Part shown: positions 11,011 to 24,390 of the stretch, one piece after another
Position numbering within the stretch: position 1 is the stretch's first letter
Layout: each line of letters starts with the position of its first letter
Source of the DNA: Octopus sinensis
Taxonomy: Eukaryota
Reading direction: 5' to 3'
Assembly: GCF_006345805.1 (NCBI RefSeq)
Contig: NC_043003.1
Span: 35,898,001-35,962,000, forward strand
Length of the DNA stretch: 64,000 nucleotides
Translations under genes and position numbers: made by a program
The notes under the pieces: model-generated
Told to the model about the DNA's origin: nothing
What the model saw: the letters and a program-made list of their open reading frames with translations, nothing else
Database searches by the model: none

Positions 11011-12927
11011 TATACGAGTAGATGTGTGTGTGCGCGCGCAATCACGTGTGTATACACACACTCACTGAGAAACATATGCATACACATATACATGGATGCA
11101 TAGATACATACATATATATATGCATACATATGCATATACATAATCATATGTCTATGGGGGGAGTTCACGAGGGAACGATATATATGTGTGCGTGTGTGAG
11201 AGAAAGAGAGAGAGAGTGGGTGTGTGTGTGTGCATGTTCGTGCATGCCTGTGTGTGTGTGTGTATTTCTCTGTATGTGTACCGTGTTGTATCTATTGATC
11301 CACTGAGGAGCTAATTCAACTTGTTACTCAACATTTGTGTGCGCGCGCGTATGTGTGTGTGTGTGTGAGTGTTTGTGTGTGTGTGTGTGTGTGTTTGCGT
11401 ACGCGTGTGGGTGTATTAGTATAACAAATAAAGTAGGAGTAGGTGGCAACTCACTGAGAGAAAGCTTTAGTGAAATTTTATGAGAACGAGTAATGTACGC
11501 CTACGTGTGTTTACTATAAAAGTCCCTGATCTTTAACTTAGAGAATTGACCAATGGAATTTCAGCATTTTTGAACAGCGCTAGGAGAAAAATTCTGTTTA
11601 CGACAGAACTCTTTCGTATGGCAGCTATATTCTGCCATTAGAGCTGCAGCTATCGGAAACTAAGACATTTCTTGAAGGCTCAAATAATCGATTTATTTAA
11701 GCAATTAATTATTCAGCTAAGTCAAGCAGCTGTGTTTCTTAGTAAAATGTCTGTCTTAATTGAAGTTATGATCTATGGTTCATTGCAGCTGCAACTTGGT
11801 AAAGGAATATCTAATCCCACCTTCATAAATCTTACATCCGCAGTTTGTGTTGAGCAACCATTCTCATGTCCGTACTTCTACAAAACCAAGAACTGTTGGA
11901 CTTTTATATCATTAATTCTAAGAGAAATCTTTAGAGACAGAGTAATCATTTAGAAGGCGTTAATTGTGCCTGCTAGAATTTAAATTTCGCTCTTTCTTTC
12001 TCTCTCACTCTCTTTCTCTCTTTCTCCTCCAATCTCTCTCTCTCTTTCTCTCACCCACTTCAAAATTGCTTAAACCACGCCCAACTTTTGTGAGTGTATT
12101 CTTAAATATATACTTCACTCATCCAAAATTATTAGCCGAATTAGAGCGAAACTGCGGAGCAATATGTCTTAGTAAGCATGTAGACTGATGGTGCTTTTTT
12201 TTCTTCTTGTAAAATATATTGATAAATAAAAATGCACAAGAATCCCAAATGCGCATTATGAAATAGGCAGCCAAGCATTCGCACAAACGCATTTTTTGAC
12301 AAAATACAGAATCGTGTAGATGTTCATGTGAGAATAAATGCATTTCCCTACGTTTTGAGTTCAAACACCACTCAGGCTAACTTTATTTTTCATCATTTTC
12401 AAGCCTATAGATAAAGTAACAATCCAGTATTAGGTTCGATTTTCCCTCTTCCTCTTCTTCTTCTTCTTCTTCTTCTTATTATTCTTATTCTCTCTCCCCC
12501 TCTCTCTCTCTCTCTCTCTCTTTCTCTCCCTCACTCACTATACACCTTTCTATCATGATTCTACTTACAAGTCAAACATTCTGCATCGTGATACCATATC
12601 ATGCATATACGACGTGAAATTGGGATTAATAGTCCAACGGTTTAGTGGGAAGCTCAATCACTCTCCCTGTTAGCTAATGAACAATCAAAAATGGAAGTTT
12701 TAAAATATTGTCGCTAAAGTTAAAATTGAAATAAAACGAATATATTGTTTTTAGTCAAATGTTAAATTATACAAATTTATACTATAAATCTTGAGATTAT
12801 AATTTCCCCTATGAACAAAATACTATAATTTATATACTTGTTCTCTATAAATTATGGTGGATGATAGAGAGGTTGAAACACCTGTATATGATTGAAATAT
12901 AGCCTGTATTTCTGTTGTATCGCCAAT

Positions 12928-13754
12928 TGTTATGACGATACTTTCTTACTCTATAACAATGTAGTATCAATAAAATATATAACGAAGCAGAGTAACAAGA
13001 ACGTAACAATCCAACAAATTCTCCACGAACTATACACATACCAAAAAATAATATTCCGACAAACTACCAAAGCGACACCATATGTCTTCCAGCGATTAAC
13101 GCCTGCCCTCTCCTATCTCACTCAAACAGCTACTATTTATAATCGTTCTGTCAGTCTATTCTCGCAGTGTGTGTCGTGACCCTCGCCACATCTCCTGTTT
13201 TGAGATTTCGAATTCTGTAGGAAACGAAATTTATTTTACTTTATTTTTATTATTTTTTTTTCTTTCCAGCACCTCTCCCTTTTTGAGATTTTGATTCTCT
13301 AAGGAGAATCCGCTTAGGAATTATTTCTAAATGATCAGCCTGTTTACGTTTTCTATTACAGCTCCTTCTAGGCCCAAACTATTTTGGTGCAGGTACATCG
13401 AACATGTCGCAAAAACTTCCATTGGAATTTCTCCCCTTTCTTCCGTATGTCTAGTTTTTAATTGATTTAGGTCTCGTTTATGCTCGAATCGTTGGCCTTT
13501 TATTAAATACATCATGTTTCCAATTCTTCTAGTCACTATACCGTCCTCCCAACCTTTTTTGCCGTTCTTGTATATTTTTAAATTGATTTTGTCTCCCACA
13601 ACAAAATGTTTTGTTGATTTTTTTGTATTTTTTCTATACGTGTTTTTTTCTTTGGTAACAACTTTCCTACCCTCTCCCACCTCACTCAGACCGCTATTAT
13701 TTGTAGTCGTTCAGTCAGTCTATTTTCGCAGGGGGTGTCGTGACCCTCGCTACA
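12928..13754 (-). mobile_element. Internally deleted Ty3/Gypsy LTR retrotransposon (partial 5' LTR, integrase C-terminus, PPT, ~263-bp 3' LTR)
   Basis: ORF 13327..13680: KHFVVGDKINLKIYKNGKKGWEDGIVTRRIGNMMYLIKGQRFEHKRDLNQLK resembles a K02A2.6-type integrase tail. ~90-bp direct repeats start TGT[A/G]GCGAGGGTCACGACA at 13754 and 13190. Purine tract at 13191-13201. Confidence 0.75.
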
Positions 13755-16700
13755 TCACTTTGAAAATTAAAAGAAAATCAATAAACTCCCATTCAGGTTT
13801 TCCCAGCTATAGCTGAGATAATATTTCGATATTCTGAAAAATGAGGGCATCCAGTGCTGGGCAAGAATTGCTTTTTAACGAGCCTAGAAAGGGCCGAATG
13901 GGCAACGATATCCTTTCAGCTCAGAAATAATCCTTTCTGCTATAGGCACAAAGTCTGAAATTTTGGGGAAGGGAGCTAGTTGATTACCTCCATCCAGTTC
14001 TCCTCTTCTACTTATTTCACCAATCTTGAAAAAATGAAAGGAAATGCCGACCTCGCTGGGATTTGAACTCAGAGCGTAAAGTGCATGGAATGCCTCTAAG
14101 CATTTTGTCCGGCGTCCTAGCTATTCCGCCAAATCATCGCTTTCAGTTCAGAAATAATAATAGATAAATGATGCGGTGGTTTGTGGGGAGTCCAACCTCT
14201 CCACTGAAAGGAAAAAAATTCCCTTTACACACGAAGTGTTGGGAAAATATGCCTCTGAAGCATAGGCATAAACAAAAACTTAGATAAATATACTCAAGCC
14301 TTATATAAAACTTGAACAACAAATCTGCTCTCTACAATTGCACAAAATTCAATTTATTTTCCTCAGACCCAGCATAAACAATAGGAAAATATTTCAGTTA
14401 GCTATGCATAAAAGTCCGTGCTACGGAGAAAGTAACTGTCCATTGAAATTTAACCATAGTATCAACATGTTACACGAGAGCACCCTAGTCATCTGACTAA
14501 ATATATCCAGGTTTTTTCCCTATTCGACCCCAACCACAGCCACAACCACCACACATACATACACACACAAGAATTACATATTTAAATTTGAATCGCATTT
14601 TCAGCTGCAGTATTCTTAATCTTACATTTTTTTCTTGTCCAGTAATTTTCCAGTTAGAACTTTAAAATTTAAAACTTTGTTTCCATTGTCCAGTCTTTTG
14701 CAGCCCTTACAGTCTCTAGACATAACGACCAGAAGGAGATTGATAGAAACAGAAAATTAATTCGAACACTAGTGTGACGTTTTAAAAACAATGTCCTGAT
14801 ATGACAACTTTTTACTTCAAGCCCTCTCTTCTACTGCATGAGCTTTAAATTTGCTCAATTTTGTTTACAGAAATATATTCCTTTTATTTGGATCTTTCAA
14901 ATAAGCAAAAATATAATAAATCCTTTCTTTAAAAATCTAACAGAGTAATTATGATTTAAAGATGAATTTGGGCCTCATGCTTACTCAACTTTAATCAGTT
15001 TTGCCCCAGAAGATTCTTATGCTGCAAAATTTTGAAAACCTTTACAAAATTAGATATTTCTGATTATACAAGTTTAATCAAAAGTAATAATAAAGAAATA
15101 AGGAACGTATACAGCTTAGATTTTGCATCTACACGTACTCTCTGCCATTGTTGTGAAAATTTTATCGTCGCCTTTTTACCCACCAGCTTTGTTTTATGAT
15201 ATTTCAAAAGGGAGCAATGCATTGATTTGTTTCAATAAACTTAAACTCATTTAATTTGGTCAAGAATGGAATTAATTAGTAGGCGTAGAACTGATCCTGG
15301 AAAAGAGAGAATATTATTCACCCAAAAATGTGCGCGAAAGATTTATTTCCATTTAGCAATTTCCCAATGTATATATTTAACGTAGAATCTTATCTAACTC
15401 ATTGTCACGTTGTCCGCAGTTCTGAATAATGATGTCGCCAATTGAAGGCGTAGAATTTTGAACGTTTCAAATTTATTCAACTCTTGAAACCATGCATATC
15501 TTACCATTAAATCACAAAACACTCCCCTTTTCATCTATATTTCCTGTGTTTCTAATAAAGATGATAAATATATGTCTATATATTTAGATGTGAATTTTGT
15601 GCCATTTTAACTATTAAGTTAGCATTTATTCTTGTATCTTGAACTATGCTGAGAAGATTTGATATAGCTATTTTTACTTTTCTTTGTGCCCAAGATATTT
15701 GGGAAAAGGAAATTAGTTGATTTAATTGGCTAATCCTCTCCTCTCAAAGCTTCTAGTCTTGTGCCTAAATTGGAATCAATTATTTCTTTATTGTTTGGGA
15801 TTTATAAACTGACGGAATTTAATTGAGACAAGTTTGCAACATTAAATAAAATTTAAAGCAAATTTCACTTGCATGTTTTCCTTTTCAAGTAAATAAATGA
15901 AGACATTAATGCCACAAACATCGAATAACTTGTGCTCCATATTTACAGTGGCACAAATAAGAATATGACTTAAATCTAGACTTACCAACTTTTAGATATA
16001 AGATTCTTGCTCTAACATATTTTTAAAAACCATATCATAGGCAAAATTTTATGTCTATATCTTGGTATTTCTATACCGTTATATGTAATTTAATTTAGAC
16101 TAGACATCAGGTTCTGCAGAAACAATAGATATAATCGTTTCATGGTGAAGGCAACTCATGAAGCATTTAAATGTCATTTGCTGTTTTAGTAAACCCTGAG
16201 TTGACATAAGAAATGTATTGCTACGTTTTGCGAAAAGGAAAGTATCTTTTTTTTATTTTATGCTGCACTCCACGCTTTACATGCTATTTGCGAAACGTAC
16301 TAGTATTTTTAATGGAAAGAAAAAGATACCTGATGTTCAGAGCCTCAGTGGTTTCGAGTAAAAGTAAAAAAGCATTATCATAACTACTATTCTTATCTTG
16401 TCAATATCATAAGCAACGAGTAAAATAATCGAAGCAAATATGAATATCTTAGAAGAGAATTCAGTAAGAAAGCTTGTTCTGCAATAAAACGATGCATGCT
16501 TTCCTTCAGCAACTTGCTGAAATTTCTGAATGATAACGCATCATTCAATCATTTATATCAGATGATAAAATCGTTACAAAAGATGAAAGTAACTCTGTTT
16601 TTCAAGGATCTTAATTTACCGCCCAAAGGTTTGAACAAATTCATCTTGCATCACCATGGATCTGAATCTCTTTAATGAATCTTCAGCATTGCTATCTAGC

Positions 16701-17971
16701 AGGTTGAATGAAATAAATATATTTCCTGCACCTCTTTTTTAGAATACAATCCTAGTTTTCTTACATTGATATCGGAGGTATTCTGTCGATGTATAAAATG
16801 TTATGCTAAAGGAATGATGGCTGTCATTAATATTTCCATGTTGACTCTAAAGAATGTTTCTTTCCTCATATACTACAGAAATTCCAGTGGGTGACCAGTA
16901 TGAAAAGGAGCACGAAATAATTTAGTTTTGAAGAAAATTATCAAGATCATCAGTGGCATATTTATGTAAACCTAAGCCTGATGAATTTACATCTTGCTTA
17001 GTAAAGTAGTTACACGACCTAAGGTGTATCTTTATTTCTTTGGATCAAGTAGAAAAGACCATCACTTAATAAGAAAAAAATTACTTTCGAAAGAAGACAA
17101 CGAAGTTGAAGATTATATCTTTGACAGATGGAATAAAACCCATCATAATCCTATCGTTAAATATTAAAGTTTGGCCTAACGAAGCAATGTATAAATGTTT
17201 CGAAAAAGGGCGTTAGATTTCTTTACTTGCACACTTCAGCCACTGCCCTGAATACAGAAAAGCTTAATGCAGCGATTTTTTTATGAGTTTCTTCTAGTGA
17301 TCAAAATACTTCTCTACGAACCTAATTCAACAATTAGTAGTGGCTGTCCGCTCCAATTTAATAAGCCTGATATTAACAGTCTATAACATCACATTCATGC
17401 AGATAAATTATCAGAAAAGCTTACTGATTTAAGCGAAAAGAAAGGTAGAAGATCGAAAGTTAAAGCGGGATATATGAAAGATGAAGAAAGCCGATCAAAT
17501 CTTCAGCAGGACTTTGCTATTAAATCTCACCCAAGACAATCTTATGAAAGGATTGGTTTTTTTTTCAATGAGTAATTAAGTTTTTCATTTATTTTTAAGA
17601 TACGATTGCTATAGATTTTAATCTTATGCACTCTAAACGTTTTCCTCTGAAATAAACAAATTTAGTAATATGCATCTATTTATTTATAGAAATAAAATTA
17701 GTAGATCATTAAGCAAATGGTTATGATGTAGAATAAGCGACGTTATATTTGAAATCAGCGCTCCGACACTTAAGACATCAAAATGATTATTTTAAACTTC
17801 ATGCTTTTATATAACGCATATTTCAACAAAATATCGAAGTAATTATCGAAACTTTCGAAATTATTTAGTGCTAGGGTAGCTTGGACTGCTGATCAATTCC
17901 CAATAAAATTTGGAGTTTAAACGTGAACTATATTCCAATTCGTCATATCGATATTATGGGATCTTATAAAA

Positions 17972-18180
17972 CGGTGAGCGGTCAGATTAGTAACCACACT
18001 GGATAAAATACGTAGCGGCATTTCGTCCGTCACTACGTTCTGGTTTCGAATTCCACTGAGGTCGACTTTGCCTTTTAATCTTTTGGGGTCGATAAAGTAC
18101 CAGTGAAACACTGGTATCGATGTAATCGACTAGTCCCCTCCCCACAAATCGGTTGCCTTCCGCCACCAATAGATAGGATT
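17972..18180 (+). mobile_element. tRNA-derived SINE (GTCGACTTTGCCTTT..GGGGTCGAT central domain) with (ATT)n tail
   Basis: Same body as the 22.5-kb array units but a different tail (cccctccccacaaat...gataggatt) ending in (ATT)n. Relatives at ~7330-7460(-), 7800-7960(-), 14020-14150(-), 18967-19165, 29550-29720(-), 62300-62500, 63840-64000(-). Confidence 0.75.
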
Positions 18181-18244
18181 ATTGTTATTATTATTATTAT
18201 ATTATTATTATATTATTATTATTATTATTATTATTATTATCATG

Positions 18245-18288
<44 letters not shown>

Positions 18289-18390
18289 GGAAAGAAGAAG
18301 AAGAGAAGAAGAAGAAGAAGAAGAAGCAGAAGAAGCAGAAGAAGGCAAATGGTTAGAAGGAAGAGAGCAGCATGAAGAAGATGAGAAAGA
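18181..18390. repeat. (ATT)n followed by (GAA)n-rich tract
   Basis: Direct reading. Confidence 0.95.
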
Positions 18391-18703
18391 CATTTATCAA
18401 TGGATCCGTTTGTTAAGTAAATATTTAAACATAGAATTGGACTACAAAGTTATGTAAACTTGGGAATAATAGATGGATTTTTCAATAAGCTCGATGAGTG
18501 GTATTCTATTAGTTAACTGAAATCATTGAATCATGTATATTGACAGGTGGAAAGTCGGTGAAATCTTGTGAAAGAGGTTTATCGCCTCTGTTGTAAGCAT
18601 ATCCTAAACAAAGGGAGAATTTAAAGGGTAATTAATTATAAATTGGTTATACACAAATACGGCTATATTTGAACACAGATATGAGTACAGTTATTCATTT
18701 TTA

Positions 18704-18805
<102 letters not shown>

Positions 18806-18882
18806 TGTGTGTGTGTGTATGTGTGTGTGTGTGTATGTGTGTGTGTGTGCAGATAGATATATAGATAGATAGATAGATAGAT

Positions 18883-18952
<70 letters not shown>

Positions 18953-19714
18953 CAAACAGAGAGACAGACTCGTTAGCCCGCCGGGCAAAGTGCTTACCGG
19001 AATTTCGTCCGTGTTTACGTTCTGAGTGCAAATTCCGCCGAGATCGACTTTCCCGGGGTCGATGGAATAAGTGTCACTTACGCATGGGGGCTGATCTAAT
19101 TGACTTCTTCCCTCCCGCCAAATTTTAGACATTGTGCCTATAATAGAAAGCACTATTATTATTAGCGTGTGAGAGAGCATCGCATGCCATCAAAGTGATA
19201 CTGGTGTAAAATATACGAAGTATAATATACCCATCATGACTACCCGTCTGACAAGGGTACACCATCCACATGCATCACAACTATATCTGCATAACATGGT
19301 GGTCTCATATCAAGGTAAACAGCGCATAACCTTGCAGTTGTGGTCCAGTTATTATTTTCTTCAGGTCGTGGAGCCCATCCCACTCAAAAGGTGCCTGAAC
19401 AAGGTTTGTTAAGAAGGATGAGCAAAACACCCATGTTTCCAGAGGTGAATTATTCAAATCCCAAAGAATTCCTCTCAACACGTGGCTATGATGCTTCCCC
19501 ACTACTTCTGCTCATGATCAGAGATACACATATCATCAGCCACTAAGGGATATGCTCAACTGGTTAAGGTCGAACAACTTACAAGCGAATCTGTGGTATT
19601 GAGCAGAATATTTGCTGTAGCCTATCTTTTATTCCAAGACAAAGCAATGTACATGATAACACTTCGAATCAGTTAAGATCAGAAGCCATGGGATCCAGTG
19701 CCTTGTACTGCATC

Positions 19715-19787
<73 letters not shown>

Positions 19788-21417
19788 TCATACTTGTATG
19801 CGTTTCAGGCAAAGACTGGTCATTTATATCCATATACGTTTACATACACATACACACACATACACGCACACACACACGCACAGACACACACACACACAAG
19901 CACACACACACACGAATAAATGTATCCCTATATCGCAGTGGCACGAACCTTGCAACCCTGGGGAAAAGAAATTCAAATTGAATGCATAACGTACTCTTTG
20001 ACTGGTATCGAATATTCACTCGTTTGTATAAACAAATGCACACATATATGTATATCTGTGAGTCTGTCTTTCTATATGTCTATCTGTCTGTATGCACGTC
20101 TATATGTCTGTTTTCCTGTCTGTCTGTATGTCTGTCTGTCTGTATGTATGTATGTATGTATGTATGTATGTATGTATGTATGTATGTATGTATGTATGCA
20201 TGTATGAATACTGATTTATTCTTTTCAGTCACTGATATTATTGGGTACACTGAACAAAATTACGTATGCATGATCAGACGCTATGTACCGGATAAGTTAT
20301 TATTTATTCATATACGGAATACCGATTCGTTTTTAACATTTTAGTTACATATCTATCTCCATATCATCTCAGAGTAAGAAGTCCGTATTAATTTCCTTTT
20401 GTACAAAAGAAAGAAAAGTAAAATAATCGTCAACACATGGTAGCTATGCAAAGCGAACCTAAAGAAATTTGCCACATCATTACTCCAAAAGGATATCCTC
20501 GAAATAACACATCTTTATGTTGCAGCCACGGCAATCTATAAAGAAAACTAAAATATGTTAACAACAACAACCAGTATAAAGGAACACATTTTGGCCGATG
20601 GATCAAAAGGAAACCAAAAACGAAATTCAAAGACAACCCACCTCATATTGTTTTTACGGAAATCAACTACCCAACTGACGTCAGTGTGGTAAAAATAATA
20701 CAAGAGAAATAAACATCAATGCACTATTGGAGAAGAATTTAGAAACCCAGCTTCTTAATTACATTCTCAACTTTATATCCTTCGTTATTGAGGCAACAGG
20801 ATATGTACAAAACCGTAGGGTCAAAATGCGGTTGATTTTGGAGTTCAGAGAATTAGAGAACAAAAGTGAGCCAGCTACAAGAATTTCACACGCTACAGAT
20901 GATTGCCTTATCTGAAACCAAAATATCTACAAAGCTTTGAAATTTAAAGGGTGTACGGTTGCGCAAGAATCGACAAAAATAATAAGGCACAACCGACGCC
21001 TTTCTTACTATTGTTGCTTTACAACTTTTCCTTCCACCAAATGACCGATGTGTGTGTGCGTGCGTGCTTACGTGTGTCTATGTGTGTGGAGGAGATGTGG
21101 TTTAAAAGTTGTTCTACGAAAATAATTGATACTTCGGGCTGCCGTTCTCAATCCTTAGATCTAATCAGTTATTTATATGTTTTTTCTGCAAGAGCACATC
21201 AAATTTGTACATTTCAGAATATCGCCGTCGTTGTTGTCAATTTGTTGTCGTCATCATCACCTCTACCTCCACCATTATGAACATCATCATCATCATCATC
21301 ATAGTTTTTATCATCGTCACCAATAACAGCAACAACATTTAAAAAATATGATATAATAATTCATATGTAACGGTAAGAAGGCTAATATCTTTTGTGTATA
21401 GCGTTGTGCAAGTACTG

Positions 21418-21459
<42 letters not shown>

Positions 21460-21787
21460 AGCTCAGTCGAAGTCGACTTCGTTTACTCGATGGATCAGTG
21501 TCCTCCAGTCAGTTCTATCCTGGGCTGCTTCTTTCAGATTGGCTATGTCCATTCCGGTATCATTCTTGATGGTGTGAAGCCAGCGGGTTCTTGGTCGGCC
21601 TCTTCCTCTCTTGCCACTGACCATTCCGAGCATGATGTCCTCCTCCAGGGATTTTCTCCGCATAATATGACCAAAATATGCCAATCTATGCTTGGTGATC
21701 CTAGCTTCTAGCGACATTTTCGGCCTGATCTGCTTAAGAACTTCTCCATTGGTGAGCCTCGCTGTCCATGGAATCCGTAAAAGTCTG
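21460..21787 (-). mobile_element. RTE-clade LINE 3' fragment with (GATA)n tail
   Basis: LLRIPWTARLTNGEVL...RLAYFGHIMRRKSLEEDIMLGMVSGKRGRGRPRTRWL...QDRTDWRTLIHRV is a typical RTE ORF2 C-terminus. Confidence 0.9.
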
Positions 21788-22466
21788 TACTGTACTGTAC
21801 TGATGTAATATGTTGCCACTATTTCAGTTGATTCTGTATGAAATTTGGTTGCTGTTGCTGTTGTCCATCTTCTTTCTGTTTACCCCCAAATCAACACTCA
21901 TATAACAGATCTATGAGCCCAATTTTTTCTAGGTTGTCAACTTTCCCTTCACCCTTTTTTTTCTCAGACATTCATGTCCCATGATCTATGTTTTTTTTTT
22001 CATAACTTTTCATATTTGAGGGTACATTTGGATGTTATGTCGTATAGTCGTCCGTCAATATATATATGCCGCTTCGTAGTGCGGTTTTGTTGCGTAAAAT
22101 TGTTTTAGTTTCTCAGTTGAGGCTCAAAATCGAAGCAGAGAGAATGAAAATAAAATCGAATTTATTGACATTTGGGATGCTCAATGGGTGAGGATCTAAA
22201 AACAATAATAATAACGGCAATAACTCTAGCATCAAACCTTCAATTAAAGTATGTTACTTTTTAAATCACCTACTACTATATTCAATAAAAGAACGTTGAA
22301 CACTTTTGTCCTATATATGGTACATGTGGGGTTTTTTTGTGGAGGGGCTTGTGTGTGTGTGCATAAAGCAAGAAAATTTAACGGGATAGCTTTGTATTTA
22401 CTCATAAATCTGCTCCACTAACGTCGACCGTCTTGTAAGAAGTTAAAGAGTAATATCAGTAACACG

Positions 22467-23249
22467 GGCGGCGAGCTGGCAGAGTCGTTAGTACGCTGGG
22501 CGAAGTCGTTAGCGGTATTTCGTCTGCCGCTATGTTCTGAGTTCGAATTCCACCGAGATCGACTTTGCCTTTCATCCTTTCGGGGTCGATTCAATAAATA
22601 CCAGTTACGCACTGGGGTCTATATAATCGACTTAATCCGTTTGTCTGTCCTTGTTTGTCCTCTCTGTGTTTAGCCCCTTCTGGGTAGTAAAGAAATAGGT
22701 ATTTCGTCTGCCGCTACGTTCTGAGTTCAAATTCCGCCGAGGTCGACTTTGCCTTTCCTCCTTTCAGGATCGATTAAATAAGTACCAGTTACGCACTGGG
22801 GTCTATATAATCGATTTAATCCGTTTGTCTGTCCTTGTTCGTCCTCTCTGTATTTAGCCCCTTGTGGGTAGTAAAGAAATAGGTATTTCGTCTGCCGCTA
22901 CGTTCTGAGTTCAAATTCCGCCGAAGTCGACTTTGCCTTTCCTCCTTTCAGGATCGATTAAATAAGTACCAGTTACGCACTGGGGTCTATATAATCGATT
23001 TAATCCGTTTGTCTGTCCTTGTTTGTCCTTTCTGTGTTTAGCCTCTTGTGTGTAGTAAAGAAATAGGTATTTCGTCTGCCGCTACGTTCTGAGTTCAAAT
23101 TCCGCCGAGGTCAACTTTGCCTTTCATCCTTTCCGGGTCGATTGAATAAGTAACAGTTACGCACTGGGGTCGATTTAATCGACTTAATCTGTTTGTCTGT
23201 CCTTGTTTGTTCCCTCTATGTTTAGCCTCCTGTGGGCAATAAAGAAATG
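22467..23249 (+). mobile_element. SINE tandem array: one tRNA-like head plus four 184-bp units
   Basis: Head ggcggcgagctggcagagtcgttag (A-box-like). Units start GGTATTTCGTCTGCCGC at 22514, 22698, 22882 and 23066. Each has a B-box-like GAGTTC[G/A]AATTCC and ends TAAAGAAAT. Confidence 0.9.
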
Positions 23250-24139
23250 AATACCACTAACAACTACAACAGTAACGTCGAAATAGTAATATTGTAAAAA
23301 AACCTTACCTTAAATTCTAAGAAACAAGTGTAAGAAATATTATTTTTATAGTACATTATACAATCTGGTTTGAACACTAAAATCCTTCTATACCAGAACA
23401 GGGAAAACCAAAACAAAGACATCGTTTGGAACTAAATATGAACAGCATTCGTTAGATTGGTCTCTTTTATGAATAACTCTATAACAAGCAACAAAAGCAA
23501 TATAAACAACACAACCAACAGCAACATGTCCAAACACAATTACAAGTACCTTTACTACCAGTATGAACACAAAATTATATCAGACAGAAAGAATTACTTA
23601 AAACCATCACACGTTCTCCAAAATAACCTCAAGCAACACATCTACCTCTATCCCACCGTTACTATCACTGCTTTCACCACCATCACAACTGCTACTACCA
23701 TCTAGAATCTTCTCACAGCTACCACCTCCCCATATTTATTGCCATGTTGCTGTCATCAATATGGTCATAATTTCCATTTTCGTCTCGATCATTATAAAAT
23801 AATATCTATTATATATAACCATCATATTATATAATAACTACTATAATATATGTAACTGTAGCATACAATTCTTACATATAAACACTACAATGATCCACAA
23901 TCCACCAGCAGTACCATCTTAACAACCACAACCTCCATCATTAGCGTTTTCTTTTCTTTATCATTGCCGACTTCGTTGTCATTATCATCAACATCATCAT
24001 TGTCATTTTTATAGGCATTGTTTCTGCATTTGTAAACATCTTTCATGGTTGCCGATGTTATTTGTAAGCGCCACTCTCAACATCGCCGCGAATAACATCA
24101 TCTAAAGCACAGCTATTGCCATCATAATCTCTACCCTCC

Positions 24140-24209
24140 TCAACGCTCATCATCATCGTCATCATCGTCATCATTATCACCATCATAATCGTCGCCGTCG
24201 TCTTCATCG

Positions 24210-24263
<54 letters not shown>

Positions 24264-24390
24264 CCACCGTCATGGTCATCATCATCGACGTCGTCCTCGT
24301 CATGGTCATCATCATCGACGTCGTCCTCGTCATCGTCATCGCCATCATCATCATCATCATCATCATCATCGTCGTCGTCATCAGCATTAT
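24140..24390. repeat. (CAT)n/(CGT)n imperfect trinucleotide repeat
   Basis: Direct reading; includes a duplicated catggtcatcatcatcgacgtcgtcctcgt. Confidence 0.95.

Noticed and set aside
11672-11953. 93-aa non-repetitive ORF
   Set aside because: Non-ATG start, no recognisable domain, no splice support; expected by chance.
22514-23249. Regular repeat array as a CRISPR or tRNA gene cluster
   Set aside because: Units are 184-bp near-identical with no unique spacers and no cas genes; no complete cloverleaf; the body matches dispersed SINE copies.
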